From NCBI GenBank assembly GCA_020724555.1, contig DYGT01000001.1:1-53850 (forward strand): a DNA stretch of 53,850 nucleotides, written 5' to 3'. Shown piece by piece: positions 1-10,513 of the stretch. How positions within the stretch are numbered: the first letter of the stretch is position 1; the number at the start of each line of letters is the position of its first letter. The notes under the pieces were generated by a model that ran no database searches, was not told where the DNA came from, and worked only from the letters and a program-made list of their open reading frames with translations. The stretch comes from Candidatus Microgenomatus sp. (GTDB lineage: Bacteria > Patescibacteriota > Microgenomatia > UBA8517). The translations under genes were made by a program, and so were the position numbers.

Positions 1-151
1 CTCCCAAATCCAAAACATGTGCCCTATTTGGATCTTGACTGCCTAAATCCGGGTTTCCATCTGCTACCAAAGCAGAGTCAATGGCTGTACCAATCATAAC
101 TCCTGCCGCCAGAATTCTTACTCCGTCTTCAAGTTTCAGTCTATCTTTCAT
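1..151 (-). CDS. 5' part of a hypothetical protein running off the window
   Basis: ATG at 151; frame MKDRLKLEDGVRILAAGVMIGTAIDS... stays open to the window edge; no family recognised. Confidence 0.35.
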   Translation of the reverse strand, partial: MKDRLKLEDGVRILAAGVMIGTAIDSALVADGNPDLGSQDPNRAHVLDLG

Positions 152-278
152 CCTAGAAGTTCACCTGCCCTATAATATCAGATTATTTTGAATTTTTCAA
201 ATTTTTGTGCTGGAAAAATATATGACAAACAATAGTTCCATACAAAACTAGTGAACCAGTCCACCTTCCCCAAAAACT

Positions 279-1520
279 CTAAACTGTTTTGAGGGAGTTT
301 AAGAAGTCTTTATTGCTCTCCGTTTTGGCTAAGCGCTCCAACAAGGTTTCCGTGCGCTCGTCTTCAGGCATCATCTCAAGCATGCGCCTTAAGGTGTGGA
401 CCTGTTTAAGCTCCTCCTCGGTATACAAAAGCTCCTCCTGGCGCGTACCAGAGCGCGTGACATCAATCGCAGGAAAAATACGTTTTTCGGCTAAACGGCG
501 GTTCAAATGAAGTTCCATGTTTCCTGTCCCCTTAAACTCCTCATAAATTAGGTCATCCATACGGCTACCCGTATCTACCAAGCAGGTGCCGATTATCGTT
601 AACGAACCTCCGCCTTCAATTTTGCGGGCTGCACCAAAAAATCTTTTAGCCGGGAACAAAGCTTCTGGATCAAACCCGCCGGTTAAAGTCCTACCCGAAG
701 TCGGAAGCGCCAAATTATAAGCACGCGCCATGCGGGTTATAGAATCCAAGACCATAACCACGTCTCCACCCTGTTCAACGATGCGTTTGGCACGCTCAAG
801 CGCCAGCTCTCCCACGCGGGTCTGGTTGGTTGGCGGTTCGTCAAAATTGCTGGCAGCCACTTCGCCCATATTGTTAGTGACTGCTGCCATATGGCGTTTA
901 ATATCCGTTACTTCCTCCGGTCGCTCGCCGATCAAAACCGCAATCAGGTGCGCTTTTCTTTTTTTGCCTTTACCGGATTCGGGGTAATTGGCGGCAATGC
1001 CGGAGATGATGTCTTTAAGCAAGTAGGTTTTGCCTGCTTTTGGCGGAGAAACGATCAGTCCCCTTTGGCCAAAACCGATCGGTGAAATCAAATCAACCAC
1101 GCGCGTACTCAATGGCTCTTTACCGGTTGAAAGATCTATTTGTTCATCAGGGTAGATTGCCAAAAGTTCTTCAAAATCCGTCCTATTTTGCATCTCAACT
1201 GCCGCCCCCCCATTTACTTTTTCAACTTTTAAAAGCCCCCAGTACCGCTCGTTCTCTTTTGGACGTCGGGCAAGACCGGATATCAGGTCTCCATTTCTCA
1301 GGTTAAAACGCCTGATTTGTGAGGCTGAAATATAGACATCACGGTTACTGGCGGCATAATCCGGGCGCAGCAGGCCCGAGCCCTCATTGGCAATATCCAA
1401 AATTCCTTGAATATTTTCCGTGGGAAGCCCCGAATCCGGAAGGACACGGTCATCAACCACTAATCTGGGTTCACCAGCAGAAGAATCTTTAACACCCTCG
1501 TTGTTATTATTAATAACCAT
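279..1520 (-). CDS. rho: Transcription termination factor Rho
   Basis: RNA-binding segment DVYISASQIRRFNLR, P-loop SPPKAGKT, LDSITRMARAYN and EEFKGTGNMELHL motifs. Confidence 0.97.
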   Translation of the reverse strand: MVINNNNEGVKDSSAGEPRLVVDDRVLPDSGLPTENIQGILDIANEGSGLLRPDYAASNRDVYISASQIRRFNLRNGDLISGLARRPKENERYWGLLKVEKVNGGAAVEMQNRTDFEELLAIYPDEQIDLSTGKEPLSTRVVDLISPIGFGQRGLIVSPPKAGKTYLLKDIISGIAANYPESGKGKKRKAHLIAVLIGERPEEVTDIKRHMAAVTNNMGEVAASNFDEPPTNQTRVGELALERAKRIVEQGGDVVMVLDSITRMARAYNLALPTSGRTLTGGFDPEALFPAKRFFGAARKIEGGGSLTIIGTCLVDTGSRMDDLIYEEFKGTGNMELHLNRRLAEKRIFPAIDVTRSGTRQEELLYTEEELKQVHTLRRMLEMMPEDERTETLLERLAKTESNKDFLNSLKTV

Positions 1521-1601
1521 AAGTTTATATATTTTTGTAAGTTAGCTTTGAAAGTATGTCAGAAGCAATTAAAGCTATTATAAAGCACCAATCTTAGGCG
1601 G

Positions 1602-2258
1602 TCAAGAGGGCTTTGCTAACACCAAAAGCCGCTTACTGCTTGTACCCGGAGGCCAACAGGTTTGTAAAATCAAAATATCACCTTGATGGTTAAGCCAACT
1701 GGTATCATCTGGCTCAACAATGTGTTTTTCCAAGACTTTATAAGTATATTTACGGTCAGCATAAAACACGATTATCTCGTCCCCGGCCTCAAGTTCGTGG
1801 AGACGAAAAAACACGGCATTAAAGCGCACCACATTGGCCAGAGAATCTGTCGAGTGGGCAAACAAATAAACCATTTTTCCGCGCCCGGGAAAAGACGTGC
1901 CTTTGGCATGGGCAACACCCTTTTTTAATGCTTCCTCATATGCGTCTTTATTCAAAGGATCCACATCCATAATTACATTGGCAGCGGCAGAAATTTTGGG
2001 CACCACCACAGAAAAAAATGAATCAACGCCCCACCTACCGGCTTCTTCTTTAATCTGCCCGTAAGACAAATTTTCTGTTTCAATTTTAGCAGCCTTACTA
2101 ATTTTTTGAGGCTGAATGTCCAAGTTTTGTGTATCGAAAAATACTTTTATTTCCTGGGCATAAAGGCTTTGATAATGCGGGTTGTACATTAAAATAATCG
2201 CCGCGAGGGAAAACGCAAAAAGCGCATTGCCGACAAATTGAAAACTAAAAATTCTCAT
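1602..2258 (-). CDS. Sortase
   Basis: N-terminal TM; catalytic His (FAHS), LQTCWPP and Arg (KRLLV). Confidence 0.9.
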   Translation of the reverse strand: MRIFSFQFVGNALFAFSLAAIILMYNPHYQSLYAQEIKVFFDTQNLDIQPQKISKAAKIETENLSYGQIKEEAGRWGVDSFFSVVVPKISAAANVIMDVDPLNKDAYEEALKKGVAHAKGTSFPGRGKMVYLFAHSTDSLANVVRFNAVFFRLHELEAGDEIIVFYADRKYTYKVLEKHIVEPDDTSWLNHQGDILILQTCWPPGTSSKRLLVLAKPS

Positions 2259-2781
2259 GGTTTGAAAACTTTTTTATAGTAAGCCCAAGTGCTCCGACCC
2301 CGATTAAAGCCAAGGCAGCATACCCGGGACCGGTGTCCGGCAATTCCCCACCCTTGGGCACGGGAGAAGGAGAAGAAGTGGGCGTTGGCGTGGCTGAGGG
2401 TTTTGTGGGAGTGGGGGTTGCAAAATTGGGGTCCCCCGCTTTGTATAAATCACAATTATTATCATTTTCTTTTACGCGTACACTACAGGCGCTATTTGAA
2501 TCCGAAGAAAAATAATTTACCTGCCCACAACCGGATGTGGGATTGGCACAAAAAGAATCGTTTCTGGCGTCAGTCAAGCGCGCCTTTTCATCTTTTAGGT
2601 CACAAAGGCCGTCTTTGTTTGTGTCACCCTGAGGGCAGTCAAAAGTTTGGCAGCGCACGATATCTTTCCCGTCCGGACATTGAGACCAGGCAGTTTGCGA
2701 CTGGGCGGACAGCGTATTTACGCTTAACAACAAACTTAAAGACCAAAAGATAGCTGCCGAAAATAATATTTTTATATTCAT
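2245..2781 (-). CDS. Secreted Cys-rich LPXTG sortase substrate
   Basis: Signal peptide, Cys-rich domain, PT linker, LPDTG + hydrophobic helix + KK tail; overlaps the sortase start. Confidence 0.85.
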   Translation of the reverse strand: MNIKILFSAAIFWSLSLLLSVNTLSAQSQTAWSQCPDGKDIVRCQTFDCPQGDTNKDGLCDLKDEKARLTDARNDSFCANPTSGCGQVNYFSSDSNSACSVRVKENDNNCDLYKAGDPNFATPTPTKPSATPTPTSSPSPVPKGGELPDTGPGYAALALIGVGALGLTIKKFSNHENF

Positions 2782-2863
2782 GCTTAAAAATTAGCGGTGG
2801 CAGAAAAATCATCTAAATGAAGAAATCTTGTAATTATATAAGAATATTAATTTCTGTCAAGGA

Positions 2864-3394
2864 CTAAAGCGGTTCATAAAAACCATGCTCGGTCCAACTT
2901 TCACAACTATGGCGTGTTCCTGGAGGTGTACCTTCCGGGTAACAAAGCATACCTGCACGCCTATCAATAGTATCGTAGTAAATATAGGGTACTTCATCGT
3001 CTTCGCAGCGTGATTTATAGACTTCAGACTCAAGCGCGGTGAACACCATAGCGCACAAAGGTGTAATTCTTCTATGGTAGCACCAACCATTTTCATTATA
3101 GCGTGTACAATCATAATAACCACTTGAGTGGGGGATCTCGTCTGGCATTGCAACTAAATCTCCATTATCTACAAGCTGCTGAAGCCAGTTGTCTGTACGC
3201 GGAAAAGCATTATGGGTAATATAATATGATTCAACTGCCCTTCCTATCTGTACAATACCATTAATCCTGCCTGCATCCCGGCTTCTGGCTATACGCTCCA
3301 GAGGATTTACTGCCAATAAAACCACAACGCCCAATGTCCCGATTATTGCAATTACTATCAAAAGCTCGATTAAAGTGAAGCCAAAGCTTTTCAC
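2864..3394 (-). CDS. Type IV pilin/pseudopilin-like prepilin
   Basis: GFTLIELLIVIAII cleavage/methylation motif; GTG start at 3394 overlaps the upstream TGA. Confidence 0.88.
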   Translation of the reverse strand: MKSFGFTLIELLIVIAIIGTLGVVVLLAVNPLERIARSRDAGRINGIVQIGRAVESYYITHNAFPRTDNWLQQLVDNGDLVAMPDEIPHSSGYYDCTRYNENGWCYHRRITPLCAMVFTALESEVYKSRCEDDEVPYIYYDTIDRRAGMLCYPEGTPPGTRHSCESWTEHGFYEPL

Positions 3395-6300
3395 CTCTTT
3401 AGTATTAAATATGAGGCAACAAAAAGCAAACTGGCAAAACCAATAAACTGCAGTAACTGAGGCCAATAAAAAATATAAATTGTGTATTCACCTTGTGGCA
3501 CCTCCCAGGCATTTGCCCAGTTGTTAAATTTAAGATGTTTAAAAACTGTAAATTTTTTATCAAACGCAATCCATCCCTCATCGTAACCCTGAGAAAGAGC
3601 TACAATCCCCTCGCCACTAACTTCTGCTTTATAGGAAGTTGTGCCGAATTTTTTAGTGCCAGTTACTTCAAGGCCGTTACTTATTATTTCTTGATCATCG
3701 TTTGCTATTTTTATCTTAGAAAGCCACTCTAGAGGTACCGGGTAGGCAGCTACTAAATCTACTTCGTTGATACTTTTTTCGTGCCCGAAGGAACGGGTTT
3801 CGAGATTAAGAGTATAGTTGTCTTTGCTTGCAAAAGGCCAGCTTAAAATCGAGAAATAGTTGTCAAAAGAGTTTGGCGAAAGGAGCACCTCAAGATCATT
3901 TTTTTGCGTTGTTGGGTTAAAAAGATATGCTTTAAGACTTCTCCCCTCTTTATTTTCCCCCCTGATACGCAAGACAAAGCTCTCTTCCGGTGCCAAATAG
4001 CCCAATATTGAATAGTCGCACGATGCGCCTCTTTCTTCTGCAGTATAGATAACTTTATTGTCATTAACTTTTTTTGACACCCCTCCCCTTTGAAAAAGGT
4101 CACAGTTTTTTTCACTTTGCAGGCCTCCATTTATAAAATCTATATAAATTTCTTTAGTCGGAATGTTTAAGGTAAGGTTATCAATGTCACCGATTGGAAT
4201 TTTTAATTCATTTATGAGTTTATCCCAATTAGAATTGAAAAATGTAATATCAGCAGTTTTATTCATCAAAGAAATATTGATAGGGCGGTAAAAAATAGTT
4301 GTTTCAGCTCCGGCTTCCTCAGGAGGACGAGCCGCAAGAACCAACCAATAATTGGCAGTCTCGGGTACAATCATTTCGCGCACAACTAATTCCCAATCTT
4401 TTGATGTGGGGGTTTTATAAAAAATTTCTTCATGGATACATTCGGACTCGCCTTCTTTTACTACACAGAAATGGGGCTTTGCGCCGCTATCCGACCTATA
4501 TGGCAACGAGATTTTCAAAAGCGAATCTTTTTTGAGATTGCCGATTTTTTGAGATGAGCAGGCAACCATGTCTTTTACCTCTATCTCAAGGGCATTGTCT
4601 AACTTTTCAAGGTTAAAGCTCCCTTTTTTATTCTCTCTCTGCCAACAATTTACAAATTCCGAATCAAAAAAAGAAATATCTAATATTTCGCCAGGTGTTT
4701 CGTAAATTTTTATTTGCAGAGATTTATTGGGGTCCAAAAGAAAAGAGGTTAATTCTTTTTTTTCTCCTTGAATAAGATTAGTAACTTTTCCGTTTATAAA
4801 TAGCGCAATGGAGACTGGCTTATCTTTAAGTGTTATATAAAAAGGTTTGAAAAAATTAATCGGAGCCACGTTTTCGAAAGACACGGGGTCAAACAGATTG
4901 ATTGTGATAAGATTATCTTTCAAAGAAACACTTCCATATGCTCTAAACGGATTTTTTAAGGGTGGAATTAATAATTCTTTTCTATCCTGATTGAAGTTTA
5001 TTTGTGATGATATGGATAAAAAAGTTGATCCGTCTATGCTTAACTTTGCTTTTATATTGTTTGGCTTTTCCCTAAGAAGATTTCCAAAGGGATAAACAAA
5101 TTTTTTTGAGGAGACATAGTTACCATACTCCATATAAACAGGGTCGTGTCTTGCATAATCAAGGTCGATATCCGCAGACACGTAAGTTTTGGGTGCATAA
5201 ACAAAGCCGTCTGCTAATGGGACTTTGTAAACTGATAAAAAGCTCTTTTCCCATACCTTTTGAGCACCAATATCGCTTAAAAATTTTTCTGTTTCTTTGA
5301 ATCTTAAAATGTTTGGGTCTCCCCCGGGAACTATTACACTTTTGTCGATCAGAGCGTAGGCGACATCGTATTTATCAAACACCTTTTTAAAAGCATTTTT
5401 GTCTTCGCGGTAGAGCGCTGTTGAGATTTCGTGATAGTAGCCTTCGTTGTATGGGCTCCAGACGTCAAAGGCTCGATCCAAAATCGGCTGCTCAATTCCA
5501 TACCAGAGAAAGCCGCTTCCCCTGTATCCCCAGTCATAAAAATCCCAACCCCAGAATGTTTGGACAGGAAAACGTGCTATCCTCGCCTGCCGGGGCTGAG
5601 ACTGGAAATATTCAAAGAGAAAAAAGTATTCCTCTGGATACTTAACCTGCATTGAATTCGAGATCAAATGTCCTTTAAAGAGCGGTCTTAATTGCAGTGC
5701 AGCAAGTACGGATATAAGTAAACAAAAAATAAATGCAGTGACTAAAGTGTATTTTTTTACCAGCTTACTTATGTAAGCGACAAACAATCCTGCTCCTAAA
5801 GCAAAGCTTAGAGCGTATGAGGTAGACCATTTTGTGAACACGGACCGAAACATTTGGCCAAAAAGCGGCACCGCACGAGACATTGTGTTGTAAACTACAC
5901 CAAGTACGCCTTCTCCTGCCGTAAGCATAAGAAAAGATAAAATAAACATCGCAAAAAGTGATAGTTCCCATCTGTTTCTTCGTAGAAAAGCACCAAATAA
6001 AAAGCCTGCTAGAGATATCGCAAACATACCAATACCAATAATCTCAAATGTGTCAGTACTTACATATTCGCGCCAAAAAGGCATGAGGTAATTAAATTCA
6101 CCGTTTAATTCATCACTATATTCCAGCCAAAAACCCCTCATAAGCATGATGTTTTCGGGATCCCCAAAACCTTGGTTCATAAGTTTTACTTCGGCTGTTG
6201 GAAGAATGCTTGTCTTTGCGCTTGTAAGCACTTCGGATCCGCTAAAGGCAAAATATGCTACCGGGATTGACCAAAATGCTGTGGAAAGAGCTGTAATTAT

Positions 6301-6984
6301 TCCAAGTTTTATTACGCTACTAAATAATTTTTGTTGTTTTGAAAAACAGTATTCGACAACAAAAAGAGATAAAAGCATGATAAAAACTACAAAATGTGTT
6401 TGTATGTAGAATGCTGTCGCACCCAATAACAGTGCCGTGGAATAATACAATAAATATCTTTTCTTTGCCTTTTCTAAATATAAGATCGCTAAATAAATAA
6501 AAAATGGTAAAAATCCGTAAAAGGTGATAAATGATTCAAAAGGAACAAAAAATGTCTGCACCGTTGCCATGTTCATAAGATATACCAGTCCGCCGGCTAG
6601 AGCGGCGAAATTATTACGAGTGACATGCCGTGCCAGTAGGTATCCCCCAAGCGGTCCAAGTAGAAGCATTCCAAAAGCCCAAACATAGCGCAATGCTTCG
6701 CGCGGAACAGCAAAGGAGAGCACAGTAAACAACAATTGCCGCGGCAAGTCCGCCGCGTGCGCCATCCCGCCCAGAAGCCCAACTCCCTGATACTCCTGCC
6801 ACACCGCATTAAGTGATCTTGCAATGTTAGCGGAAATATTAAACTCCGGGTGCAGGTTATCCCAACCAGACAAAACAGTACCTTCGGCAACCGTGCTGGA
6901 AATTATTAAAAACCAAGCAAAAACTATTACTATCGGCGCGATAAGTTCCAGTATAGAACGAAACTTAAGCATTCTTTCCTCCAA
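3391..6984 (-). CDS. Large polytopic membrane protein, GT-C/YfhO/AftD-like glycosyltransferase
   Basis: Many N-terminal TM helices, large extracellular region, C-terminal SQGYDEGW...NNWANAW...YWPQ motif plus TM. Confidence 0.7.
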   Translation of the reverse strand: MEERMLKFRSILELIAPIVIVFAWFLIISSTVAEGTVLSGWDNLHPEFNISANIARSLNAVWQEYQGVGLLGGMAHAADLPRQLLFTVLSFAVPREALRYVWAFGMLLLGPLGGYLLARHVTRNNFAALAGGLVYLMNMATVQTFFVPFESFITFYGFLPFFIYLAILYLEKAKKRYLLYYSTALLLGATAFYIQTHFVVFIMLLSLFVVEYCFSKQQKLFSSVIKLGIITALSTAFWSIPVAYFAFSGSEVLTSAKTSILPTAEVKLMNQGFGDPENIMLMRGFWLEYSDELNGEFNYLMPFWREYVSTDTFEIIGIGMFAISLAGFLFGAFLRRNRWELSLFAMFILSFLMLTAGEGVLGVVYNTMSRAVPLFGQMFRSVFTKWSTSYALSFALGAGLFVAYISKLVKKYTLVTAFIFCLLISVLAALQLRPLFKGHLISNSMQVKYPEEYFFLFEYFQSQPRQARIARFPVQTFWGWDFYDWGYRGSGFLWYGIEQPILDRAFDVWSPYNEGYYHEISTALYREDKNAFKKVFDKYDVAYALIDKSVIVPGGDPNILRFKETEKFLSDIGAQKVWEKSFLSVYKVPLADGFVYAPKTYVSADIDLDYARHDPVYMEYGNYVSSKKFVYPFGNLLREKPNNIKAKLSIDGSTFLSISSQINFNQDRKELLIPPLKNPFRAYGSVSLKDNLITINLFDPVSFENVAPINFFKPFYITLKDKPVSIALFINGKVTNLIQGEKKELTSFLLDPNKSLQIKIYETPGEILDISFFDSEFVNCWQRENKKGSFNLEKLDNALEIEVKDMVACSSQKIGNLKKDSLLKISLPYRSDSGAKPHFCVVKEGESECIHEEIFYKTPTSKDWELVVREMIVPETANYWLVLAARPPEEAGAETTIFYRPINISLMNKTADITFFNSNWDKLINELKIPIGDIDNLTLNIPTKEIYIDFINGGLQSEKNCDLFQRGGVSKKVNDNKVIYTAEERGASCDYSILGYLAPEESFVLRIRGENKEGRSLKAYLFNPTTQKNDLEVLLSPNSFDNYFSILSWPFASKDNYTLNLETRSFGHEKSINEVDLVAAYPVPLEWLSKIKIANDDQEIISNGLEVTGTKKFGTTSYKAEVSGEGIVALSQGYDEGWIAFDKKFTVFKHLKFNNWANAWEVPQGEYTIYIFYWPQLLQFIGFASLLFVASYLILKR

Positions 6985-8230
6985 TCAACTGTACATACTT
7001 TTCCCCCGTGTGTTTCCAGGAACGTTTATTTCGAATTATCTCCGAGTAGTTTGCTAGCTTGCGAATTAATCTTTTGTCGTTCAATCTGGTAATAAGGTTT
7101 TCGAATCCTTCATCGGTTAGCGGAAAAATCATGTTGTCTGCTATTAGGCCACTCGCTTGCAAGCCTTCCTTCATATCTTCTGTCACAAAATAGCCGCGAA
7201 GCTCATCTGATAAAACCACCGGCTTACCGTAGGAAAACGCCCAGGATAGCGGCCCGCTGCTACTGACAAATGCCCGATAAGGCATAACAAGTACATCGCT
7301 AGCTGCGAAATAAAGTGAAAAATCACTCTCCGGAACAAAACCCGTAATTGTTATTTTGTCTCTATGTTTGCGGACTTTGGTATGAATATCTTTGATCATC
7401 GCTCGATATTGTTTGTCTTCTTTAAATCGTGGATTTTCTCCCCCGGCAATTAGAAGTCTGATCCTTTGATCGGGATTTTTCTCCAGATACCTGCTTACTG
7501 TACCCACAAGCCAATCTGCCCCTTTGTACCAAATAAGAAAGCCGAAATACATTAGCACCAGTTCATCTTCAAACCCAAGCTTTTTCCGGGCTTTTTGGCG
7601 ATGCATAATATCTTCTACCTCATCCACTCCATGGGGAATTGTGACAAGTTTGTTCTTCTTTCTGGTAAGTTTGATTAATTCTTGGCGCAAACCCTCTTCA
7701 AATAAAACCATATAGCTACTTGCAAAAACAGTTAACCAGTAGTAACTCTTTAGTGCGAGTGACAGTAGTTTTGTCTTCATGCTTCCCTTCTTTGCCCCCA
7801 CTTGGCCCGCTACGCTGTCCGCGTCAAGAAGTACTGCGTGAGATATGAAAAACACCCGCTTACCCATGAGTCGCATTGCGGCAATCATCACAGGTACGAA
7901 TGCCAAGTGCCAGCGCTTGTCGCTAAACATCGACCACTCAAACGCAAACAGCACATCCTTAATATCTCTCTCGTTATAAATTGCCCTGAGTATTTCCCAA
8001 TACAGATTAATCTTTCCCCGTTTCCAAAAACGCCGCACTTCAATACCGTCTTCGCTATATGCCTCCCTCTCCCCTTCGGCTTCAGCAAGCACAACAATTT
8101 TCCCTTTCAAATGTTTCTTTAATTGCAGAAGGGTGTTTTTGGTGTACGAAGCAGCGCCGGTCATAGTGTGGCCGTAAAGACTTCCCTTTGGCGGGTATGC
8201 GGAGATAACCAGGAAGGAGCGCTTTACCAT
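6965..8230 (-). CDS. GT4-family glycosyltransferase
   Basis: IPHG, FGFLIWYKG and ASDVLVMPY...SSGPL...GKPVV motifs of the GT-B fold. Confidence 0.88.
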   Translation of the reverse strand: MVKRSFLVISAYPPKGSLYGHTMTGAASYTKNTLLQLKKHLKGKIVVLAEAEGEREAYSEDGIEVRRFWKRGKINLYWEILRAIYNERDIKDVLFAFEWSMFSDKRWHLAFVPVMIAAMRLMGKRVFFISHAVLLDADSVAGQVGAKKGSMKTKLLSLALKSYYWLTVFASSYMVLFEEGLRQELIKLTRKKNKLVTIPHGVDEVEDIMHRQKARKKLGFEDELVLMYFGFLIWYKGADWLVGTVSRYLEKNPDQRIRLLIAGGENPRFKEDKQYRAMIKDIHTKVRKHRDKITITGFVPESDFSLYFAASDVLVMPYRAFVSSSGPLSWAFSYGKPVVLSDELRGYFVTEDMKEGLQASGLIADNMIFPLTDEGFENLITRLNDKRLIRKLANYSEIIRNKRSWKHTGEKYVQLIGGKNA

Positions 8231-8250
8231 ATTTCCAGTCTAGCTTCTTT

Positions 8251-9060
8251 TTATGATTTGGTATAGAGATACACTTTCTCTATAAGAAGTGAGGGGCTAA
8301 AGCGCGGTTTGGGTAAACAATATATACCTTTAAGATCGTTTATTTTAATAATAAGTATCTCATATAACCCTCTAGCCACATCTCTTAGCACTCCCACCTT
8401 GCTTGAATCAACATGCTTCCAAACAATCGGCAGCTCGATAATACTGTATCCGAGCTTATTGGCAATATAAAGAACCTCTGGGTCAAAACTCCAGCGCTCT
8501 TGGGTAATCCTGGGGTAAACGGTTTTGCACGCTCGGCGGGAATAAATCTTAAAGCCACCGGTTACGTCTGCAAGCGGCAACCCCAACACCCGGCGAACCA
8601 AAAAGCTGTATCCCCAGCCGAATACCTTCCGGGGTAAACTGCGCTTCACAAGTGAAACCGAGCTGGCAAGCCGCTTACTGCCAACGAGTACATCGTAATT
8701 ATTCACCATGTAAGGCACAAACGTTTTGAGGTTTGCAAACGGTATGGACATATCCGCGTCAATGATAAGGCCGTAGTCGCTCTCGACACGCCTCATTCCC
8801 TGCTTTAAGGCATAGCCTTTGCCGCGGTTTTTGGCATAGCTGACGATTTCTATCTTGGCTCTACTCGGAAGCTTTCCTTGCTTTTTTTGCTTATATTTAT
8901 TAAGCATTGCAAGCGTGTTGTCGCGGCTGCCGTCATTTACAAAGACTATTTTCTCCACGCGAACACCGCGCGGGTTTTTGAGTTTGTTGACCGCGTTAAA
9001 GCTAAGCTGAATACGCTTCTCCTCGTTATAAACTGGTATTACTACTGTTAGTGTTTTCAT
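8251..9060 (-). CDS. GT2 polyprenol-phosphate glycosyltransferase (DPG synthase-like)
   Basis: VVIPVYNEE, NDGSRD, NRGKG, DAD and GFK motifs. Confidence 0.9.
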   Translation of the reverse strand: MKTLTVVIPVYNEEKRIQLSFNAVNKLKNPRGVRVEKIVFVNDGSRDNTLAMLNKYKQKKQGKLPSRAKIEIVSYAKNRGKGYALKQGMRRVESDYGLIIDADMSIPFANLKTFVPYMVNNYDVLVGSKRLASSVSLVKRSLPRKVFGWGYSFLVRRVLGLPLADVTGGFKIYSRRACKTVYPRITQERWSFDPEVLYIANKLGYSIIELPIVWKHVDSSKVGVLRDVARGLYEILIIKINDLKGIYCLPKPRFSPSLLIEKVYLYTKS

Positions 9061-9241
9061 ATAGGTTGGTTTTTAACCACCTTAGCTAAGATGATTAAAA
9101 ACAAACCCACAACCCCAACGAACACTTCTCTAAACACACATCTCACACTTTTTTGCATCAGCAAACTGACGCAAGCGTGAGACGGCCAGAGAAGGTCGTC
9201 GAGGTTGTGGTTAATAGGCAACTTGCCTACGGACTTGCGTA

Positions 9242-10513
9242 CTAGCAAGGGCGAAGCACTGCGACTTCCGCAATGCCCGACCAACCAGGCGGGATGCCTG
9301 TTTTTGCGTCGGATTGACCCTCCATCATTTCGTGCTCGGCGATCGTGTATCCGCCCTGCCAGCACTGGGTGCTGTTCGTTATGCTGTGCGGACCAGTTGT
9401 CTGCCAGCAAGCATTTTCACCCGGGCACTGGGTGAGCATGGTTTCAGCAGGAATGCCAAACAATGCACGCACGGTGCTTTCGCTCCAGTCGGTGACGACC
9501 GGGGCTGCGGGTACGGGTGCGGCCGGGGCGGACGGGGCGGACGCAGCGGGCACGAGCGTCGGGGTAGCTTCAATGGGCGTAACATTTACGACCCACCCGG
9601 CGACCCATATGGTCGATCCGTCCGCCATATACACCCGGTACCATTCTTTATCATCGACTACGACGAATCCATCAGAAGTTGCTTGAGCACCAGGCGCTAA
9701 GCCACCAACTCTGGTAGCGTTTTCGCTTGGTTCCATCCGCAAGTTGACTGGCTGGTCGCCCAAGTTGCGGAGCGTAAAGCTCTGCACCTCGTCGCATGGC
9801 CGGAGCGTGATCATCATTGCTTCGACGCGGTAGCTGCGCGGCGGAATACTGATGTATTCCCCTTCTGGATGCTCCGAAAAGTCCGGCCTTACCTCACCCG
9901 GCTGGGTGCGGTATCCATCTACCCAATTCGAGCAGACGTTCGTGATCAACCACGACTCGCCTTCAATTTCCGGCACTTCCCACGACTGAAGACCATGGAG
10001 TTTGATCTCAGCATCCGGGCCTTGCAGATCGTAGAACTCGCGTGCTTCTTCTAATGTCCACTGGACCTCGTTTTCGCCTCGCAGCTCCAAGCTGGTCTGC
10101 TGTTTGGGAGCCAACGGGCGTGCCACGAGCACCTCAACAAAACACTGAGGTGTTGTCTCGTAGTTTGGCGGGATCGAAATCCTGTCTGCGCGCTGCATAG
10201 CGGCGTATGCTGGACGTATCGGGCCTGCACATCTCCTGTACCCGTCCACCCACTGATCGTGGGGGTTGGTCATCTGGATCGTGCCGGTGAACTTCCAGCA
10301 TTCGGGCTCAATTGCGCCTTCGTACTCGCACTCGGCGAACTCGTAAGTCCCCGAAATTGAGTACAGGGCAATGGCTGCCTCGACTGTCCACGCTTCGGGC
10401 GTGAGGGTAGGTGTTGGCCCGCCCTGAGCGAATGTCGACGGCACAAGTGCCATCGACACCAGGGTCGCGATCATTAGAAACGCGACCAAGAATACCAAAA
10501 CGCTTTTGCGCAT
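9242..10513 (-). CDS. Secreted orphan protein with three internal repeats and an SH3b-like domain
   Basis: Signal peptide, AAGGAGG SD; repeats W..E.A...TN...W..GY...IPP; SH3b-like NLRMEPS...WYRV...WV; visibly more GC-rich than neighbours. Confidence 0.8.
   Translation of the reverse strand: MRKSVLVFLVAFLMIATLVSMALVPSTFAQGGPTPTLTPEAWTVEAAIALYSISGTYEFAECEYEGAIEPECWKFTGTIQMTNPHDQWVDGYRRCAGPIRPAYAAMQRADRISIPPNYETTPQCFVEVLVARPLAPKQQTSLELRGENEVQWTLEEAREFYDLQGPDAEIKLHGLQSWEVPEIEGESWLITNVCSNWVDGYRTQPGEVRPDFSEHPEGEYISIPPRSYRVEAMMITLRPCDEVQSFTLRNLGDQPVNLRMEPSENATRVGGLAPGAQATSDGFVVVDDKEWYRVYMADGSTIWVAGWVVNVTPIEATPTLVPAASAPSAPAAPVPAAPVVTDWSESTVRALFGIPAETMLTQCPGENACWQTTGPHSITNSTQCWQGGYTIAEHEMMEGQSDAKTGIPPGWSGIAEVAVLRPC

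Noticed and set aside
9057..9700. ORFs 9057-9410, 9205-9435, 9314-9700, 9345-9686
   Set aside because: Shadow frames of the GC-rich 9242-10513 gene
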